DNA from: Atribacterota bacterium | GTDB taxonomy: Bacteria; Atribacterota; Phoenicimicrobiia; Phoenicimicrobiales; Stramentimicrobiaceae | Length of the DNA: 62,239 nt | Assembly (NCBI GenBank): GCA_040767965.1 | Contig: JAXGNR010000011.1 | Span: 1 to 62,239 of the forward strand | Reading direction: 5' to 3' | Shown here: piece by piece, positions 26,316 through 37,551 of the stretch | Numbering within the stretch: position 1 is the first letter of the stretch | Layout: the number at the start of each line of letters is the position of its first letter | The notes under the pieces: generated by a model | The model's database searches: none | Told to the model about the DNA's origin: nothing | Seen by the model: only the letters and a program-made list of their open reading frames with translations | Translations under genes and position numbers: made by a program

Positions 26316-27548
26316 ATGGTCACTTTTAAAATAAATAATTTATTAAAAATTGTTTTTATTCTTTTTTTATTGAGTTTTTATTTTTTGTTCAATATCTGCG
26401 TTAACAGCCAAGAAAATCAGCAAAGTAATGAAACTTTAATACAAAACGAATCAACTCAGAACAGCCCTGTTTATATAGCTAAATTTTTTGAACCTGGATG
26501 TCATGATTGCGAGAGAGTTGCCAGGTTATTAGAACAAATTATCTTTCAATATCCTCAAATTGAGATAATGGAATTTGATATTTCCAACCCAGAAGGAGTT
26601 GCCCTTGCAGAACAGCTTGGAGAACATTATCAAGTCGCGGAATATGACCGGCTTTTAGTGCCATTAATTTATATTGGAGATGAATATTTTTTAAGAGAAA
26701 AGATTACATATGATAATATCATTGGTACTATTGAAAAAATTAAAAATCAGGAAATGTCTGCACCCTGGGAAAAAATAGAAGAAGACCTATCTTCGGTTCA
26801 AAGTCGATTAATTGAACGCTTTCAGTCCTTTGGCATTGGAGCTATTGCTATAAGTGGCTTGATTGATGGTATTAATCCCTGTGCTTTTGCAACGATTATA
26901 TTTTTTATTTCTTACCTGACATTAGTTAATCGAAAAGGAAAAGAATTGTTGTGGGTAGGAGTCATGTTTACACTGGCAGTTTTTAGCACATATTTTCTAA
27001 TAGGTACCGGGGCTTTAAAAGTAGTTACTACTCTTTCTATTCTTCCTTTGGTAAGAAAAGTATTTATTTATGCCATGGCAATTATTAGCGCAGTTTTAGC
27101 CTTCCTTAGCCTGTCTGATTATCTTAAATTTAAAAAAACCGGTAAAACATCTGAAGCTACCCTGCAATTACCTTCTCGAATAAAGAAAATGATTCATTCT
27201 ACAATCCGAGAAAATGTTAAGACCCGTAATTTTATAATAATGGCAGTTGTTACCGGATTTTTAGTTTCAATTTTAGAATTGGCTTGTACCGGGCAAATTT
27301 ATTTGCCAACACTTATTTTTATTAGTAATGTACCTGAATTAAGAGCTAATGCACTTTTATACTTGCTGGTATACAATCTGATGTTTGTGGTCCCATTAAT
27401 AATAGTGTTTTTATTTACTTATTGGGGGACGAGTTCTCAGAAGTGGGCAGAGATAACCAAGAATAATTTTGGGAAAATGAAGTTAATTATGACTTTTTTA
27501 TTTTTAGGATTAGCTATCTTATTATTAATCACCGGATTAGTTTTTTAG
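26316..27548 (+). CDS. Thioredoxin-like + CcdA/DsbD-type membrane protein
   Basis: Exported CHDC domain, DGINPCAF and LELACTGQIY in TM region. Confidence 0.8.
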   Translation: MVTFKINNLLKIVFILFLLSFYFLFNICVNSQENQQSNETLIQNESTQNSPVYIAKFFEPGCHDCERVARLLEQIIFQYPQIEIMEFDISNPEGVALAEQLGEHYQVAEYDRLLVPLIYIGDEYFLREKITYDNIIGTIEKIKNQEMSAPWEKIEEDLSSVQSRLIERFQSFGIGAIAISGLIDGINPCAFATIIFFISYLTLVNRKGKELLWVGVMFTLAVFSTYFLIGTGALKVVTTLSILPLVRKVFIYAMAIISAVLAFLSLSDYLKFKKTGKTSEATLQLPSRIKKMIHSTIRENVKTRNFIIMAVVTGFLVSILELACTGQIYLPTLIFISNVPELRANALLYLLVYNLMFVVPLIIVFLFTYWGTSSQKWAEITKNNFGKMKLIMTFLFLGLAILLLITGLVF

Positions 27549-27759
27549 TAAAAATGTGATAAAAAGAGAGCTAAAAGATGTTAAGATATTTAAATAGAGT
27601 AACAATATAAAATTTATAGTATATTACTAAAGATAAAAAATTATTATTTGCCTGAAAATATTTATTTCTGTTTAAAAGAGCAATATCATTTGAAAACTAT
27701 TTAAAAAAATTAAAAATAATTTTTTAAAAGTATACTAACCAAAATAGAGGTGAACTGTT

Positions 27760-29070
27760 TTGTTTAAAAGAAATTATACAGTTTTTATTATTGTTCTGTT
27801 GATTTTAATTTGTTTCTTTTCTTTAAATGTAAGTTCATCTTCAGTTTATGTTATTCCGGTAAAGGGACAGATTGAACCGGGATGGTTACTTTTTTTGGAG
27901 CGCTCCCTGGAAGATGCTCAACAAAATTCTGTGATGGCTATTATTCTTGATATTGATACCCCGGGAGGATTTGTTGATACAGCCCAAAAAGCAAAAATAC
28001 TTCTAGATGAATTTCCAGCACCTATTTATGGTTTTATTAATACCAATGCTCTTTCGGCTGGAGCATACCTTTCATTGATTACAGATAGCTTTTATATGAC
28101 CCCAGGGTCATCTATTGGAGCTGCTGAACCAGCCTTCTTAGGTGGAGGACAGATTAACGAGAAAATACTTTCCTTCTGGGAAGCAGAGATGAGAAGTGTT
28201 GCCGAAAGACAGGGAAAAGATCCTGATATAGCAGCAGCTATGGTTCGGAAGGAGATAGCTATTGAAGGTCTGGTTGAAGAAGGAGAATTATTGACTCTAA
28301 CTACAGCTGAAGCTGAAAAAATAAAATTTAGTAATGGTACTGTTTCCTCTATTTTGGAGCTACTGGAATTAAAGAATATTTCATCCGGGAAAATTATTTA
28401 TACATCTCCAACTTTTTGGGAAAATTTAAGTGGATGGATTATTAACCCCATTATAGCTACCCTCCTTTTAATATTTGGGTTTTTCTTTTTAATTGTGGAA
28501 ATCCTGTCTGCTGGTTTTGGTTTTTCCGGATTTTTGAGCTTGCTTTCATTTGGCCTCTATTTCGGAGGTCACTTTTTTATGGGAATTAGTGGATGGCCAG
28601 CAATCTTTTTATTTATTTTTGGAATAATATTTATACTGGTTGAAGCGTTCATGCCGGGCTTTGGAATATTTGGAATTGGTGGATTGGTAGCAGTAATAAT
28701 TGGAATTGTGCTGGCTGCAGCATCCACAAAAATGGGAATTTATATGTTATTGATATCTTTTCTTACTTCAATAATTGCCGGATATATAGTGTTTAAACAC
28801 TTTCAACGTAAAGGAACTCTTAAAAATTTTATACTTTCCAACTCTGCTACCAGAGAAGCTGGTTACAGCTCATCTAAAGATTATGGTTACCTGCTTGGTA
28901 AAAAAGGACAAACTGTTACACCTTTACGCCCTTCAGGTTCTGTTGAAATAGAAGGGGAAAAATATGATACAGTTAGTGATGGGGCTTATATTTCTGCAGG
29001 AAAAGATATTGAAGTAATTAAAGTAGAAGGGTATAGAATTGTAGTTCGAATTATAGATAAAGAAGAATAA
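27760..29070 (+). CDS. nfeD: NfeD family protein (YqeZ-like)
   Basis: DTPGG, ALSAGA, TM block, LRPSG OB-fold end. Confidence 0.88.
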   Translation: MFKRNYTVFIIVLLILICFFSLNVSSSSVYVIPVKGQIEPGWLLFLERSLEDAQQNSVMAIILDIDTPGGFVDTAQKAKILLDEFPAPIYGFINTNALSAGAYLSLITDSFYMTPGSSIGAAEPAFLGGGQINEKILSFWEAEMRSVAERQGKDPDIAAAMVRKEIAIEGLVEEGELLTLTTAEAEKIKFSNGTVSSILELLELKNISSGKIIYTSPTFWENLSGWIINPIIATLLLIFGFFFLIVEILSAGFGFSGFLSLLSFGLYFGGHFFMGISGWPAIFLFIFGIIFILVEAFMPGFGIFGIGGLVAVIIGIVLAAASTKMGIYMLLISFLTSIIAGYIVFKHFQRKGTLKNFILSNSATREAGYSSSKDYGYLLGKKGQTVTPLRPSGSVEIEGEKYDTVSDGAYISAGKDIEVIKVEGYRIVVRIIDKEE

Positions 29071-29092
29071 ATTTTAGAAAGGAAAATAAATT

Positions 29093-30097
29093 ATGATTGA
29101 TATTGGAAGTACTTTACCTTTTTTGTTGTTAGTATTTCTTGTAGTAGTTATTTTTTCTGTTATATTTAGTTTTATTCCTATAAGGCTCTGGATAGCTGCT
29201 ATGGCTTCTGGCGTGCGAGTAGGTTTAGTTACCCTTATTGGAATGAGATTACGAAGAGTTATTCCGGCAAAAGTTGTAGAGCCATTAATAAAAGCAACCA
29301 AAGCGGGGCTAGACCTTAATGTGAATAAATTGGAAGGGCATTACCTGGCTGGGGGAAATGTAGATAATGTAATAAATGCCCTTATTGCTGCCCAGCGCGC
29401 AAATATAGATTTGGGTTTTGAGAGAGCTGCCGCCATCGATCTGGCCGGCAGGGATGTTTTAAAAGCAGTTCAGATGAGTGTTAATCCTAAAGTAATTGAA
29501 ACTCCTGTGGTTGCTGCAGTGGCTAGTGATGGAATTGAAGTAAAAGCCAGAGCCCGGGTTACTGTAAGAGCAAATATTGAACGTTTAGTAGGGGGAGCAG
29601 GAGAAGAAACTATCATTGCTCGAGTTGGTGAAGGAATTGTAACTACGATTGGTTCAGCAGAAACCCATAAAAAAGTTCTGGAAAATCCTGATGATATTTC
29701 TCATACTATTCTTAAAAAAGGACTGGATTCAGGAACTGCATTCGAGATTTTATCAATAGACATTGCAGATGTAGATGTTGGTAAAAACATTGGCGCCAGA
29801 CTGCAAACTGACCAGGCTGAAGCAGATAAGCGAATAGCTCAGGCTAAAGCAGAAGAGAGAAGAGCTATGGCTGTTGCCAGAGAACAGGAAATGAAGGCTT
29901 CTGTCCAGGAAATGAGAGCAAAAGTTGTGGAAGCTGAAGCAGAAATACCAAAAGCTATTTCACAGGCATTACGAGAAGGAAAATTAGGAGTAATGGATTA
30001 TTATAATATGCAAAATATTCAGTCTGATACTCAGATGCGTGGAACAATCTCCAGAATGGGAGTTGATACTGATAAAAAAGACAAACAGGATAAATAG
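29093..30097 (+). CDS. floA: Flotillin-like protein FloA (YqfA)
   Basis: [36 protein letters not shown]. Confidence 0.95.
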   Translation: MIDIGSTLPFLLLVFLVVVIFSVIFSFIPIRLWIAAMASGVRVGLVTLIGMRLRRVIPAKVVEPLIKATKAGLDLNVNKLEGHYLAGGNVDNVINALIAAQRANIDLGFERAAAIDLAGRDVLKAVQMSVNPKVIETPVVAAVASDGIEVKARARVTVRANIERLVGGAGEETIIARVGEGIVTTIGSAETHKKVLENPDDISHTILKKGLDSGTAFEILSIDIADVDVGKNIGARLQTDQAEADKRIAQAKAEERRAMAVAREQEMKASVQEMRAKVVEAEAEIPKAISQALREGKLGVMDYYNMQNIQSDTQMRGTISRMGVDTDKKDKQDK

Positions 30098-30146
30098 TAA
30101 TTTATTGTAAAAAGAAAGATGAAAAAACAGAAGGGATTGTTTAATA

Positions 30147-30653
30147 ATGGATTTACTTGTAATTTTATTTATTATAATATCTCTTATTTCTTCGATTACT
30201 AAAAACATAAAAAAACATACCAAAAAAGGACCAATTTTTGATCCCTGGTCTTTTGATGCAGATAGATCAATTGGAACAAATGATAATCAAGAAAAAATTA
30301 CCAGGGGGAAAATACAAGACACAAACAAAATAGAAACTGTTTTATTCGAAAATGCAGAACAAGAAAAGAAAAAAAATGATTCACAGGAAGATTCTGCATT
30401 TATTGATACTTATTTGATTGAAGAGAATAATACTGTTGATGCTATTGACGAACAGATTGAGGATGCTTACCAGGACAAGCCAATGACGAAAACTGTAAAA
30501 AAGAAAAACACAGTAGAGGTTACCGAAAAGGTAGGAAAAGGACTCGAATTTATTTTAAAAAAGGATTTAGCGTCAGGAATATTGATCTCAGAGATCTTGG
30601 GTCCTCCCAGGTCTAAAAGAGGTCATTTTTCAAAAAAATTGATTCATGACTAA
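30147..30653 (+). CDS. YqfB-like single-TM protein
   Basis: N-terminal TM, C-terminal GILISEILGPPRS, position after floA. Confidence 0.65.
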   Translation: MDLLVILFIIISLISSITKNIKKHTKKGPIFDPWSFDADRSIGTNDNQEKITRGKIQDTNKIETVLFENAEQEKKKNDSQEDSAFIDTYLIEENNTVDAIDEQIEDAYQDKPMTKTVKKKNTVEVTEKVGKGLEFILKKDLASGILISEILGPPRSKRGHFSKKLIHD

Positions 30654-30859
30654 TAATTTAAATAATCTGGAATAATTCTATTTTTCTCCCATATTTTTTC
30701 TATTTATCTAATCTGATGGGATAATTTGATAGGTTTTAAAAATAGCAGAATTTTTGGAATTCGAACAATATACTTTAAAAAGATATTTCTTAATTTATAT
30801 TCTAAAAATAGAATTATATTTTACACAGATAGAAATGAATGATTATAGAGGTAATAAAA

Positions 30860-32041
30860 ATGGAAATTAAAAAGAAAATTAGTTTGCTAAAGGATGAGAT
30901 AATTTCTTTAAGAAGAGATTTCCACGCACACCCTGAACTGGGATGGAATGAATTTAAAACATCTGAAAAAATAGTAAAATATCTGGAAAATATTGGGCTA
31001 GATGTGAAAGAAGTAGCAAGACCAGGTGTAGTGGGTTTGTTGAAAGGAAAAAAAGAAGGTCCTACTTTGATGATGAGAGCAGATATGGATGCTCTTCCGA
31101 TTCAAGAAATGAATGAAATCTCTTATAAATCTTTAAATAATGGTGTAATGCATGCTTGTGGTCATGATGGGCACATGGCCATGCAATTGGTAACTGCAAA
31201 GATTCTCAGTGAGTACAAAGAAGAGCTGGAAGGTAATATTAAATTTGTATTTCAGCCTAATGAAGAAACAGCTGAAGGGGCAAAAGAAATGATTAAGGAA
31301 GGTGTTTTGGAAAACCCAAAAGTAGATGCGGCCATAGGAATGCACCTTTGGTCTCAACTGGATAGTGGTTTGGTAGGTTTGAAAACTGGTGCTGTAATGG
31401 CTTCTTTGGCATATTTAAAAGTAAAAGTAACAGGGAAGGGTGGACATACCGGTTACCCTGAACAGGCTATTGACCCTATAATAGCAGCAGCAGATATAGT
31501 TCAAAAAATTCAAATATTACAAACTAGAGAAAAAAGCCAATTAGACCCAACTATAATTGTATTCGGGAAAATAACAGGTGGGTCCAAGAATAATATTATA
31601 CCTGAAAGTGTAGAATTAGAAGGCACCATTAGAAAATTAGAATTAATAGAAAATCAGAGTAACTATAATTTAGAAAAAAGACTGAAAGAACTGCTGTTTT
31701 CTTTTGAACAAAGTCATAGAGTGAGAATAGATTTAGATTTAAATCAAAAAAATAAAATGGTCATGAATGATCATGTTTTAACGGCAAATGTAAAAACAAG
31801 TGTCAGAAAGATTGTAGGTGAGGACAAGATAATTAATTTTGCCTGTACTGCAAGTGAAGACTTTTCTGAATTTTCTTCTCGCTTACCCGCTGTTTTTATA
31901 TTTTTAGGGTGCGGGAAAAAAGAACCTCAAGAACGTGTTTCACATCACAATTGCTACTTTGATATAAATGAAGAAATGCTTCCACTAGGAGTTGAAATTC
32001 AAGTAAGGAGTGCTCTTGATTTTTTTAAAAAAGGCCTTTAA
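30860..32041 (+). CDS. M20D amidohydrolase
   Basis: HPELG, RADMDALP, MHACGHDGH, FQPNEE, SEDF. Confidence 0.92.
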   Translation: MEIKKKISLLKDEIISLRRDFHAHPELGWNEFKTSEKIVKYLENIGLDVKEVARPGVVGLLKGKKEGPTLMMRADMDALPIQEMNEISYKSLNNGVMHACGHDGHMAMQLVTAKILSEYKEELEGNIKFVFQPNEETAEGAKEMIKEGVLENPKVDAAIGMHLWSQLDSGLVGLKTGAVMASLAYLKVKVTGKGGHTGYPEQAIDPIIAAADIVQKIQILQTREKSQLDPTIIVFGKITGGSKNNIIPESVELEGTIRKLELIENQSNYNLEKRLKELLFSFEQSHRVRIDLDLNQKNKMVMNDHVLTANVKTSVRKIVGEDKIINFACTASEDFSEFSSRLPAVFIFLGCGKKEPQERVSHHNCYFDINEEMLPLGVEIQVRSALDFFKKGL

Positions 32042-32080
32042 TTAAAAATAAATGATCCAAGCTGGTTAAAATAATTTAAA

Positions 32081-32851
32081 ATGGCAGAAAATTTAATTAA
32101 AATATCCAATTTAACAAAGACCTACGGAGGGGTGAAGGCCTTAAACTCTTTGGATATGGTAATAGAAAAAAACAAAATTCATGGAATTGTCGGCCCTAAT
32201 GGTGCAGGCAAAACAACTTTGATTAATATTATAACAGGTTTAGAGTGTCCAACCTCTGGTGAAATATTTTTTCAGGGTCAAAAAATAAACAAGGCTCCTC
32301 CTGAAATAATATTTGAAATGGGCATAACCCGAACTTTTCAGGAAGGGAAGATAGTTCCAAATTTAACTGTACTTGAAAATATTATAATCGGATTTTTAAA
32401 AAAGAAAGAACAAGAAAATTATAATATTGTAAGTATATTTTCTGGATTAGCAAAATATTTTCAGCAAAAGCAAAAAGATATAAAAAAAGGTAAAGATTTG
32501 CTTAAAAAGTTTGATTTGCAGTATTTGGCAGATAAATGGGCTGATGATTTAGCCTGGAACGAAATACAATTAGTTCAAATAGTGAGAGCTATTGCTTCAG
32601 ACCCCCTTTTTTTACTCTTAGATGAACCTACTGCCGGTATGAACGAAAAAGAAAAAATAATAATAAAAGAAAAAATGTTTGAAATTAATCGATCTGGAGT
32701 AACTATTCTGCTGGTAAGCCACGATATCCCTTTTATAAAGAGTGTTGTAGATAATTTAACAGTCCTTAATTTTGGAGAAAAAATAAGTGAAGGTCCGGTT
32801 GCACAAGTTCTGGCTGATCCCAAAGTGTGGGAGGTTTATCTTGGATCCTGA
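32081..32851 (+). CDS. Branched-chain amino acid ABC transporter ATPase (LivG-like)
   Basis: GPNGAGKTT, LLLDEPTAG. Confidence 0.9.
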   Translation: MAENLIKISNLTKTYGGVKALNSLDMVIEKNKIHGIVGPNGAGKTTLINIITGLECPTSGEIFFQGQKINKAPPEIIFEMGITRTFQEGKIVPNLTVLENIIIGFLKKKEQENYNIVSIFSGLAKYFQQKQKDIKKGKDLLKKFDLQYLADKWADDLAWNEIQLVQIVRAIASDPLFLLLDEPTAGMNEKEKIIIKEKMFEINRSGVTILLVSHDIPFIKSVVDNLTVLNFGEKISEGPVAQVLADPKVWEVYLGS

Positions 32852-33560
32852 AAGAAGATCTTTGCTAAACATGAAAAATATAGTTGTTCGTTATGGAACA
32901 ATTAATGTTTTAAATAAAATAAATTTGAGCTTAAACAAAGGAGAATTTACTCTTCTTGTTGGATCTAACGGTGCAGGAAAAACAACTTTCTTAAAATCAA
33001 TAATAGGAATAGAAAGAATTTGTGAGGGAAGTATTTTTTATGAAGGAAAGAATATTGCTTCTTGGAAAACCGAGAACATTGTTAAAAAAGGAATACTTCT
33101 AATTCCACAAGATGGAGGAATCTTCAGAACAATGACTGTTGAAGAAAATTTACAACTAGGAGCATATTATTTCTTCAGTCTTTATGAGAAGCAATTAAAT
33201 ATGGTTATAGAATTATTTCCTGTTTTAAAACAAAGATTACAACAGGTAGCGGGTTCTTTAAGCGGCGGAGAGCAAAGAATCCTTGCTTTCGGCAAGGCAT
33301 TAATGTCTAATTCACAAATATTGATGCTTGATGAGCCATCAATAGGGTTATCACCAAAAAATATGTTATTCATTTTTGAAGTTATTCATAAATTAAACCA
33401 ACAAGGATATACTGTTTTGCTGGCTGAACAGAATGTAGTGCAAACTACTAAATATGCAGATGAAATGTATGTTTTAGAAAAAGGAGAAATAGTGCTTGCA
33501 GGAAAAAAATCTGAGATAGAGAATCATCCTAGAATCAAAAAAGCTTATTTGGGAAGCTAG
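32841..33560 (+). CDS. Branched-chain amino acid ABC transporter ATPase (LivF-like)
   Basis: GSNGAGKTT, LSGGEQ, MLDEPS; TTG start after GGAGG. Confidence 0.9.
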   Translation: MDPERRSLLNMKNIVVRYGTINVLNKINLSLNKGEFTLLVGSNGAGKTTFLKSIIGIERICEGSIFYEGKNIASWKTENIVKKGILLIPQDGGIFRTMTVEENLQLGAYYFFSLYEKQLNMVIELFPVLKQRLQQVAGSLSGGEQRILAFGKALMSNSQILMLDEPSIGLSPKNMLFIFEVIHKLNQQGYTVLLAEQNVVQTTKYADEMYVLEKGEIVLAGKKSEIENHPRIKKAYLGS

Positions 33561-33573
33561 CTTAGGAGGTATT

Positions 33574-34452
33574 TTGTTGAATATATATATTGCTCAAACA
33601 ATTAATGGGATAGCTTTAGGCAGTATTTATGTTTTACTGGTAACAGGTTTTAACTTAATGTTTTCAGTTGGAAAAATTATTCATTTTGCATATCCATTTA
33701 TTGTTGTTATTTCTATGTATGTTTGTTGGGGTTTGCTAAAATTAACTAGTAACCTGCTGGTAGCTGTTCTTGGTGCAGTTGTTAGTTCCTTTTTTTTACA
33801 TGTGATTATTGAGCCAATATTTCATCATATCAATACCAGAAAAAAATCTGTCGATATTAATTCCTCTTTTATAATATCAATGGGTATTTCTTTGATATTA
33901 ACTGAAATTATGTCCCAACATATAAATTATGGATTTCCTGTTTCTTTTCCGTTAAACTGGCTGAACAGCTTGCGGTTTTTTGAAATTTTACAAATCAGAG
34001 TCTCCAGTGGTCAATTATATACTTTGTTAACCAGTATTTTTATTACTTTTGGATTGTTTTTTTTAATTAACAAAACGCAAACAGGAAGAACTTTTCGGGC
34101 AATAGCAGAAAATATTACGACAGCCCGCATACAGGGAATACCTATTATTAAAATGAATTTGTTTTTATATGGCTTTGCTGGAATTTTGGGCGGAATAATA
34201 GCAATAATGTTTACTATACTGATAGGTTCAGCATCTCCCTGGCTAGGAGAATATATGGCCTTAAAAGTGCTGGCTTTGGCTATTGTAGCAGGAATAGGTA
34301 ATATGAGAGCAGGTTTGATCTTTGGATTTATTCTAGGAGTTACAGAATCAATGATTATCCATTTTTTCCCGGGATCATGGTCCAATGCCCTTATATTTAT
34401 AATTATGCTGATAGTTGTTTTAATAAAACCACAAGGAGTTTTAAAAATATAA
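33574..34452 (+). CDS. ABC permease (LivH-like)
   Basis: NGIALGSIY, GRTFRAIAEN, KPQG. Confidence 0.88.
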   Translation: MLNIYIAQTINGIALGSIYVLLVTGFNLMFSVGKIIHFAYPFIVVISMYVCWGLLKLTSNLLVAVLGAVVSSFFLHVIIEPIFHHINTRKKSVDINSSFIISMGISLILTEIMSQHINYGFPVSFPLNWLNSLRFFEILQIRVSSGQLYTLLTSIFITFGLFFLINKTQTGRTFRAIAENITTARIQGIPIIKMNLFLYGFAGILGGIIAIMFTILIGSASPWLGEYMALKVLALAIVAGIGNMRAGLIFGFILGVTESMIIHFFPGSWSNALIFIIMLIVVLIKPQGVLKI

Positions 34453-34509
34453 AAGTGTTTCTAGTTTTTAGTCTGTAGAATATAAATCAAAAGTTGGAGT
34501 AAAACAAAA

Positions 34510-35376
34510 TTGGTGCTTTTTTATTATTTTCTGGTTTTTACAGCAATATATATATTGATGGGCTGGTCATTGTATTTACCATATAGAATTGGTCATTTAA
34601 ATTTCTCATCGATATCAATAATGGCATTTTCTGCATATTTTACAGGAGTTGCTTTACGGGAATGGGGCTGGCCATTTTTTTTAACTGTTATAATTTCCAT
34701 GATGTCTGGGTTAATATTAAGTTATATTGTTTCAAAGTTAGTGATAAATGTTTCTGGTTTTACCGTTGTTATTATTGGGCTAACATCAATTTTTATAATA
34801 AGAACAGTAATAGAAAATTGTCATTGGTTAGGTGGTAGTATTGGATTTTTCAATATCCCAATAGTATCCAATTTGGCTATCTGGACTTATGTCATACTTT
34901 TTATTCTGGGATATATATTATTCCTGGTAGAAGATTCTGTAATTTCTAAAAAAGCTTTCGTTCTATTCAGTGATAAAGAATTAGGAGATTGTCTTGGCAT
35001 TCATCGACATGAAATAGCACAGTTTCTACATTCTTTCTCTGGTATTTTAGCTGGTTTGGCAGGTACTTTATATGCTGCTTTAATTGGGGGAATTAATGTA
35101 GATTTTTTTAATTTTAGTATGATTGGCACGTTGATGGCAATACTGTTTGTAGGTGGATATACTTCTATGTGGGGGGTAGTATTTGCAGCTCCCATACTAG
35201 GAGGAATTCCGATTTTTTTACCAGACAAATTGCTAGTTTGGAAACAAATTATTTTTGGCGGGTTATTAATAACCATATTATGTATAAAACCGGAAGGAAT
35301 TATCACCAGAAAACAAGCAGTTAAAATAAAAAACTGGTTTAAATTTATAAATAAAAAAATCTTTGATAAAATATAA
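34510..35376 (+). CDS. ABC permease (LivM-like)
   Basis: Multi-TM, AGLAGTLYA, VGG, KPEGI. Confidence 0.85.
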   Translation: MVLFYYFLVFTAIYILMGWSLYLPYRIGHLNFSSISIMAFSAYFTGVALREWGWPFFLTVIISMMSGLILSYIVSKLVINVSGFTVVIIGLTSIFIIRTVIENCHWLGGSIGFFNIPIVSNLAIWTYVILFILGYILFLVEDSVISKKAFVLFSDKELGDCLGIHRHEIAQFLHSFSGILAGLAGTLYAALIGGINVDFFNFSMIGTLMAILFVGGYTSMWGVVFAAPILGGIPIFLPDKLLVWKQIIFGGLLITILCIKPEGIITRKQAVKIKNWFKFINKKIFDKI

Positions 35377-35424
35377 GCTGACAATCTTGACTTAAAGTTG
35401 TATAATAATAAACTAAATCAGAAA

Positions 35425-35573
35425 CTTCTTCGGGGCAGGGTGAGATAAATTTTGTTTATCAAATTCCCGACCGGTGGTGAATTTATTACTTGTAATAAAA
35501 AGCCCACGAGCTGGTAACAGCTGATCTGGTGAAATTCCAGAGCCGACAGTTAAAGTCTGGATGAAAGAAGAAG
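35425..35573 (+). ncRNA. FMN riboswitch (RFN element)
   Basis: CTTCGGGGCAGGGTG..AATTCCCGACCGGTGGT..AGCCCACGA..GATCTGGTGAAATTCCAGAGCCGACAGTTAAAGTCTGGATGAAAGAAG upstream of a RibU-like gene. Confidence 0.95.
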
Positions 35574-35587
35574 AATGTCTCATTTAC

Positions 35588-35616
35588 AGCCCCGATTTTG
35601 TTCGTGGGCTTTTTTA
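35588..35616 (+). terminator. Riboswitch-controlled intrinsic terminator
   Basis: AGCCC..GGGCT + U-tract; its 3' arm TCGTGGGCTTTTT is also complementary to aptamer AAAAAGCCCACGA (antiterminator). Confidence 0.85.
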
Positions 35617-35707
35617 TTTAAAAAGCCTTTTATATTTCCTAAAAGAATCAAGTTATAAAATATCTGAAAGATAGAAAATATGAGGAATATAGAAAGGATG
35701 TTTTAAT

Positions 35708-36253
35708 ATGAGTGTTAAAAATATATGTCATTTTTCAATTTTTATTGCCTTATCAGTGGTTACCGGATATTTAATACATTTTCCCATTTTACCACAGGCC
35801 CCATTTTTACTGTATGATCCTGGTCATGTTTTTTTACTTATAGCAGCTTTTAAATATGGTCCAAAAGCAGGAATGATGATGGTATTTATCTATGCAACTA
35901 CTTTTGCTTTAATTACAGGGCAGGGAGGACCTTATGGAGCGCTAATGAATTTTCTATCAACCAGTGCTTTTGTTTTAGTTTCTTCTTGTTTCTATACTGA
36001 TCAACATAATAGAAAAGGTGCGATCCTCGGGCTTATTTTAGGTACTTTAGCTATGACCATTATAATGATCCCGGCAAATTTAATTATCACACCTTTGTAT
36101 TTAGGAGTTAGCAGAGATATAGTGAGTCAACTTTTATTGCCGGCAATAATTCCTTTTAATTTGTTGAAAGGTTTGATTAGTAGTGTTTTAACCTTACTAA
36201 TATATAAAAAGATTTCAACTTTCTTAAATCAAGGAGAAGTTATAACAAGATAA
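35708..36253 (+). CDS. ribU: ECF transporter S component, riboflavin
   Basis: PFLLYDP, GP..G, IIPFNLLKG; FMN riboswitch upstream. Confidence 0.85.
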   Translation: MSVKNICHFSIFIALSVVTGYLIHFPILPQAPFLLYDPGHVFLLIAAFKYGPKAGMMMVFIYATTFALITGQGGPYGALMNFLSTSAFVLVSSCFYTDQHNRKGAILGLILGTLAMTIIMIPANLIITPLYLGVSRDIVSQLLLPAIIPFNLLKGLISSVLTLLIYKKISTFLNQGEVITR

Positions 36254-36332
36254 TTGTTATCCATGATTCCAAATTGATTTTTAGATTTTTAATTATTGTA
36301 TAATAGATAGAGAAAACAGAAAGGAAATAAAT

Positions 36333-37517
36333 ATGGGTTGTGGAAAAAAATTTACTTTAGTTTTTTATAAAAGTATATTAATTGTGCTGTTAATAACATT
36401 ATTTACCATTTCTGCAGTTTGCTCTCAAGATGATAACAATGTTTGGAAAATCGACTTTTTAAATAGCTTAACCGGCTCTATTGCCAGCATAGGGAATTAT
36501 ATGTCTTGGAGTGCTCAAAGAGCTGCTCGAGAAATAAATGAATCAGGCGGGATAAACGGGAAACCGCTGATTGTTATGGAGCACGATACCGGAGATTCAC
36601 CTGAAAAAGCTATCTCGGAGATGGCAAAAATAATTGATAAATCACTTGTAGTTTTAGGTCCAGTTCCAGAAGTAGGTATTCAGGCAGCTATGCCATTAGC
36701 AGTGAGCAGAGGTTTATTCTGTATGACTGCCTCAACCAGTTATGAAATTGCAGTTAATTATTTTCCTTGGTCTTTATCATGGTTTCCTCCGACAGAAGAG
36801 GTTCTCCCAGGAGTAACGCAGACTTGGGCTGAAATAAATAAACCTCTTAAAACAATAGTTCAGTTTATTGAGAAACAGGCTGTTTGGCCACAAATGGCAC
36901 AATTCCATGCTTTAGGATTAAAGGCTGCAGGGATAGAAGAAGTAGAAGAAGTAGAAGTACCCAGAGATGCTATTATGTTTGATTCTCTTGCTGTCAAGGC
37001 ATTGGCAAGAAAGCCGGATGGCTTTATTCTTAATTGTAATCCTGAAAAAGCAGCTAAAATAATTATTGCATTACAAAGACAGGGATGGAACAATATGTCT
37101 AAAATATTGATTTTTAGCAGTGCAGATGATACTTCGTTATATACCACTGCCGGACAGTATTTGGATGGTTGTTTTATATACAATTATATTGATCCCAATA
37201 GTGAAAACAAAAGATGGATTTCGTTTAGAGAAGATTATAAAAAAGATCATGGAGGACTGGAGCCAAGCTCTTTATCGACCATTTACTATGACTGTATATA
37301 TATGATTAAAGAGGCCATCGAGGACTCTGAAATAACAGGGAGCATTGAAAATCTAGCTGAAGAAAGAATAAAGATTAGAGATTATTGCCGGAACATAAGA
37401 TCTTTCCAGGGTATTCAGCAAAATTGGGATATGTTTGATGGTGTTCCTGCTAAAAAAGGTGCATTTTTATTTACAATTCAAGATAGTCAGAAAATTTTTG
37501 TGACACAAACAAATTAG
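36333..37517 (+). CDS. Branched-chain amino acid ABC substrate-binding protein
   Basis: Signal peptide, SLTG, EINESGGINGK. Confidence 0.85.
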   Translation: MGCGKKFTLVFYKSILIVLLITLFTISAVCSQDDNNVWKIDFLNSLTGSIASIGNYMSWSAQRAAREINESGGINGKPLIVMEHDTGDSPEKAISEMAKIIDKSLVVLGPVPEVGIQAAMPLAVSRGLFCMTASTSYEIAVNYFPWSLSWFPPTEEVLPGVTQTWAEINKPLKTIVQFIEKQAVWPQMAQFHALGLKAAGIEEVEEVEVPRDAIMFDSLAVKALARKPDGFILNCNPEKAAKIIIALQRQGWNNMSKILIFSSADDTSLYTTAGQYLDGCFIYNYIDPNSENKRWISFREDYKKDHGGLEPSSLSTIYYDCIYMIKEAIEDSEITGSIENLAEERIKIRDYCRNIRSFQGIQQNWDMFDGVPAKKGAFLFTIQDSQKIFVTQTN

Positions 37518-37551
37518 GTGATTGGAAGAAAAAAGGAAATAAAAAATAATT

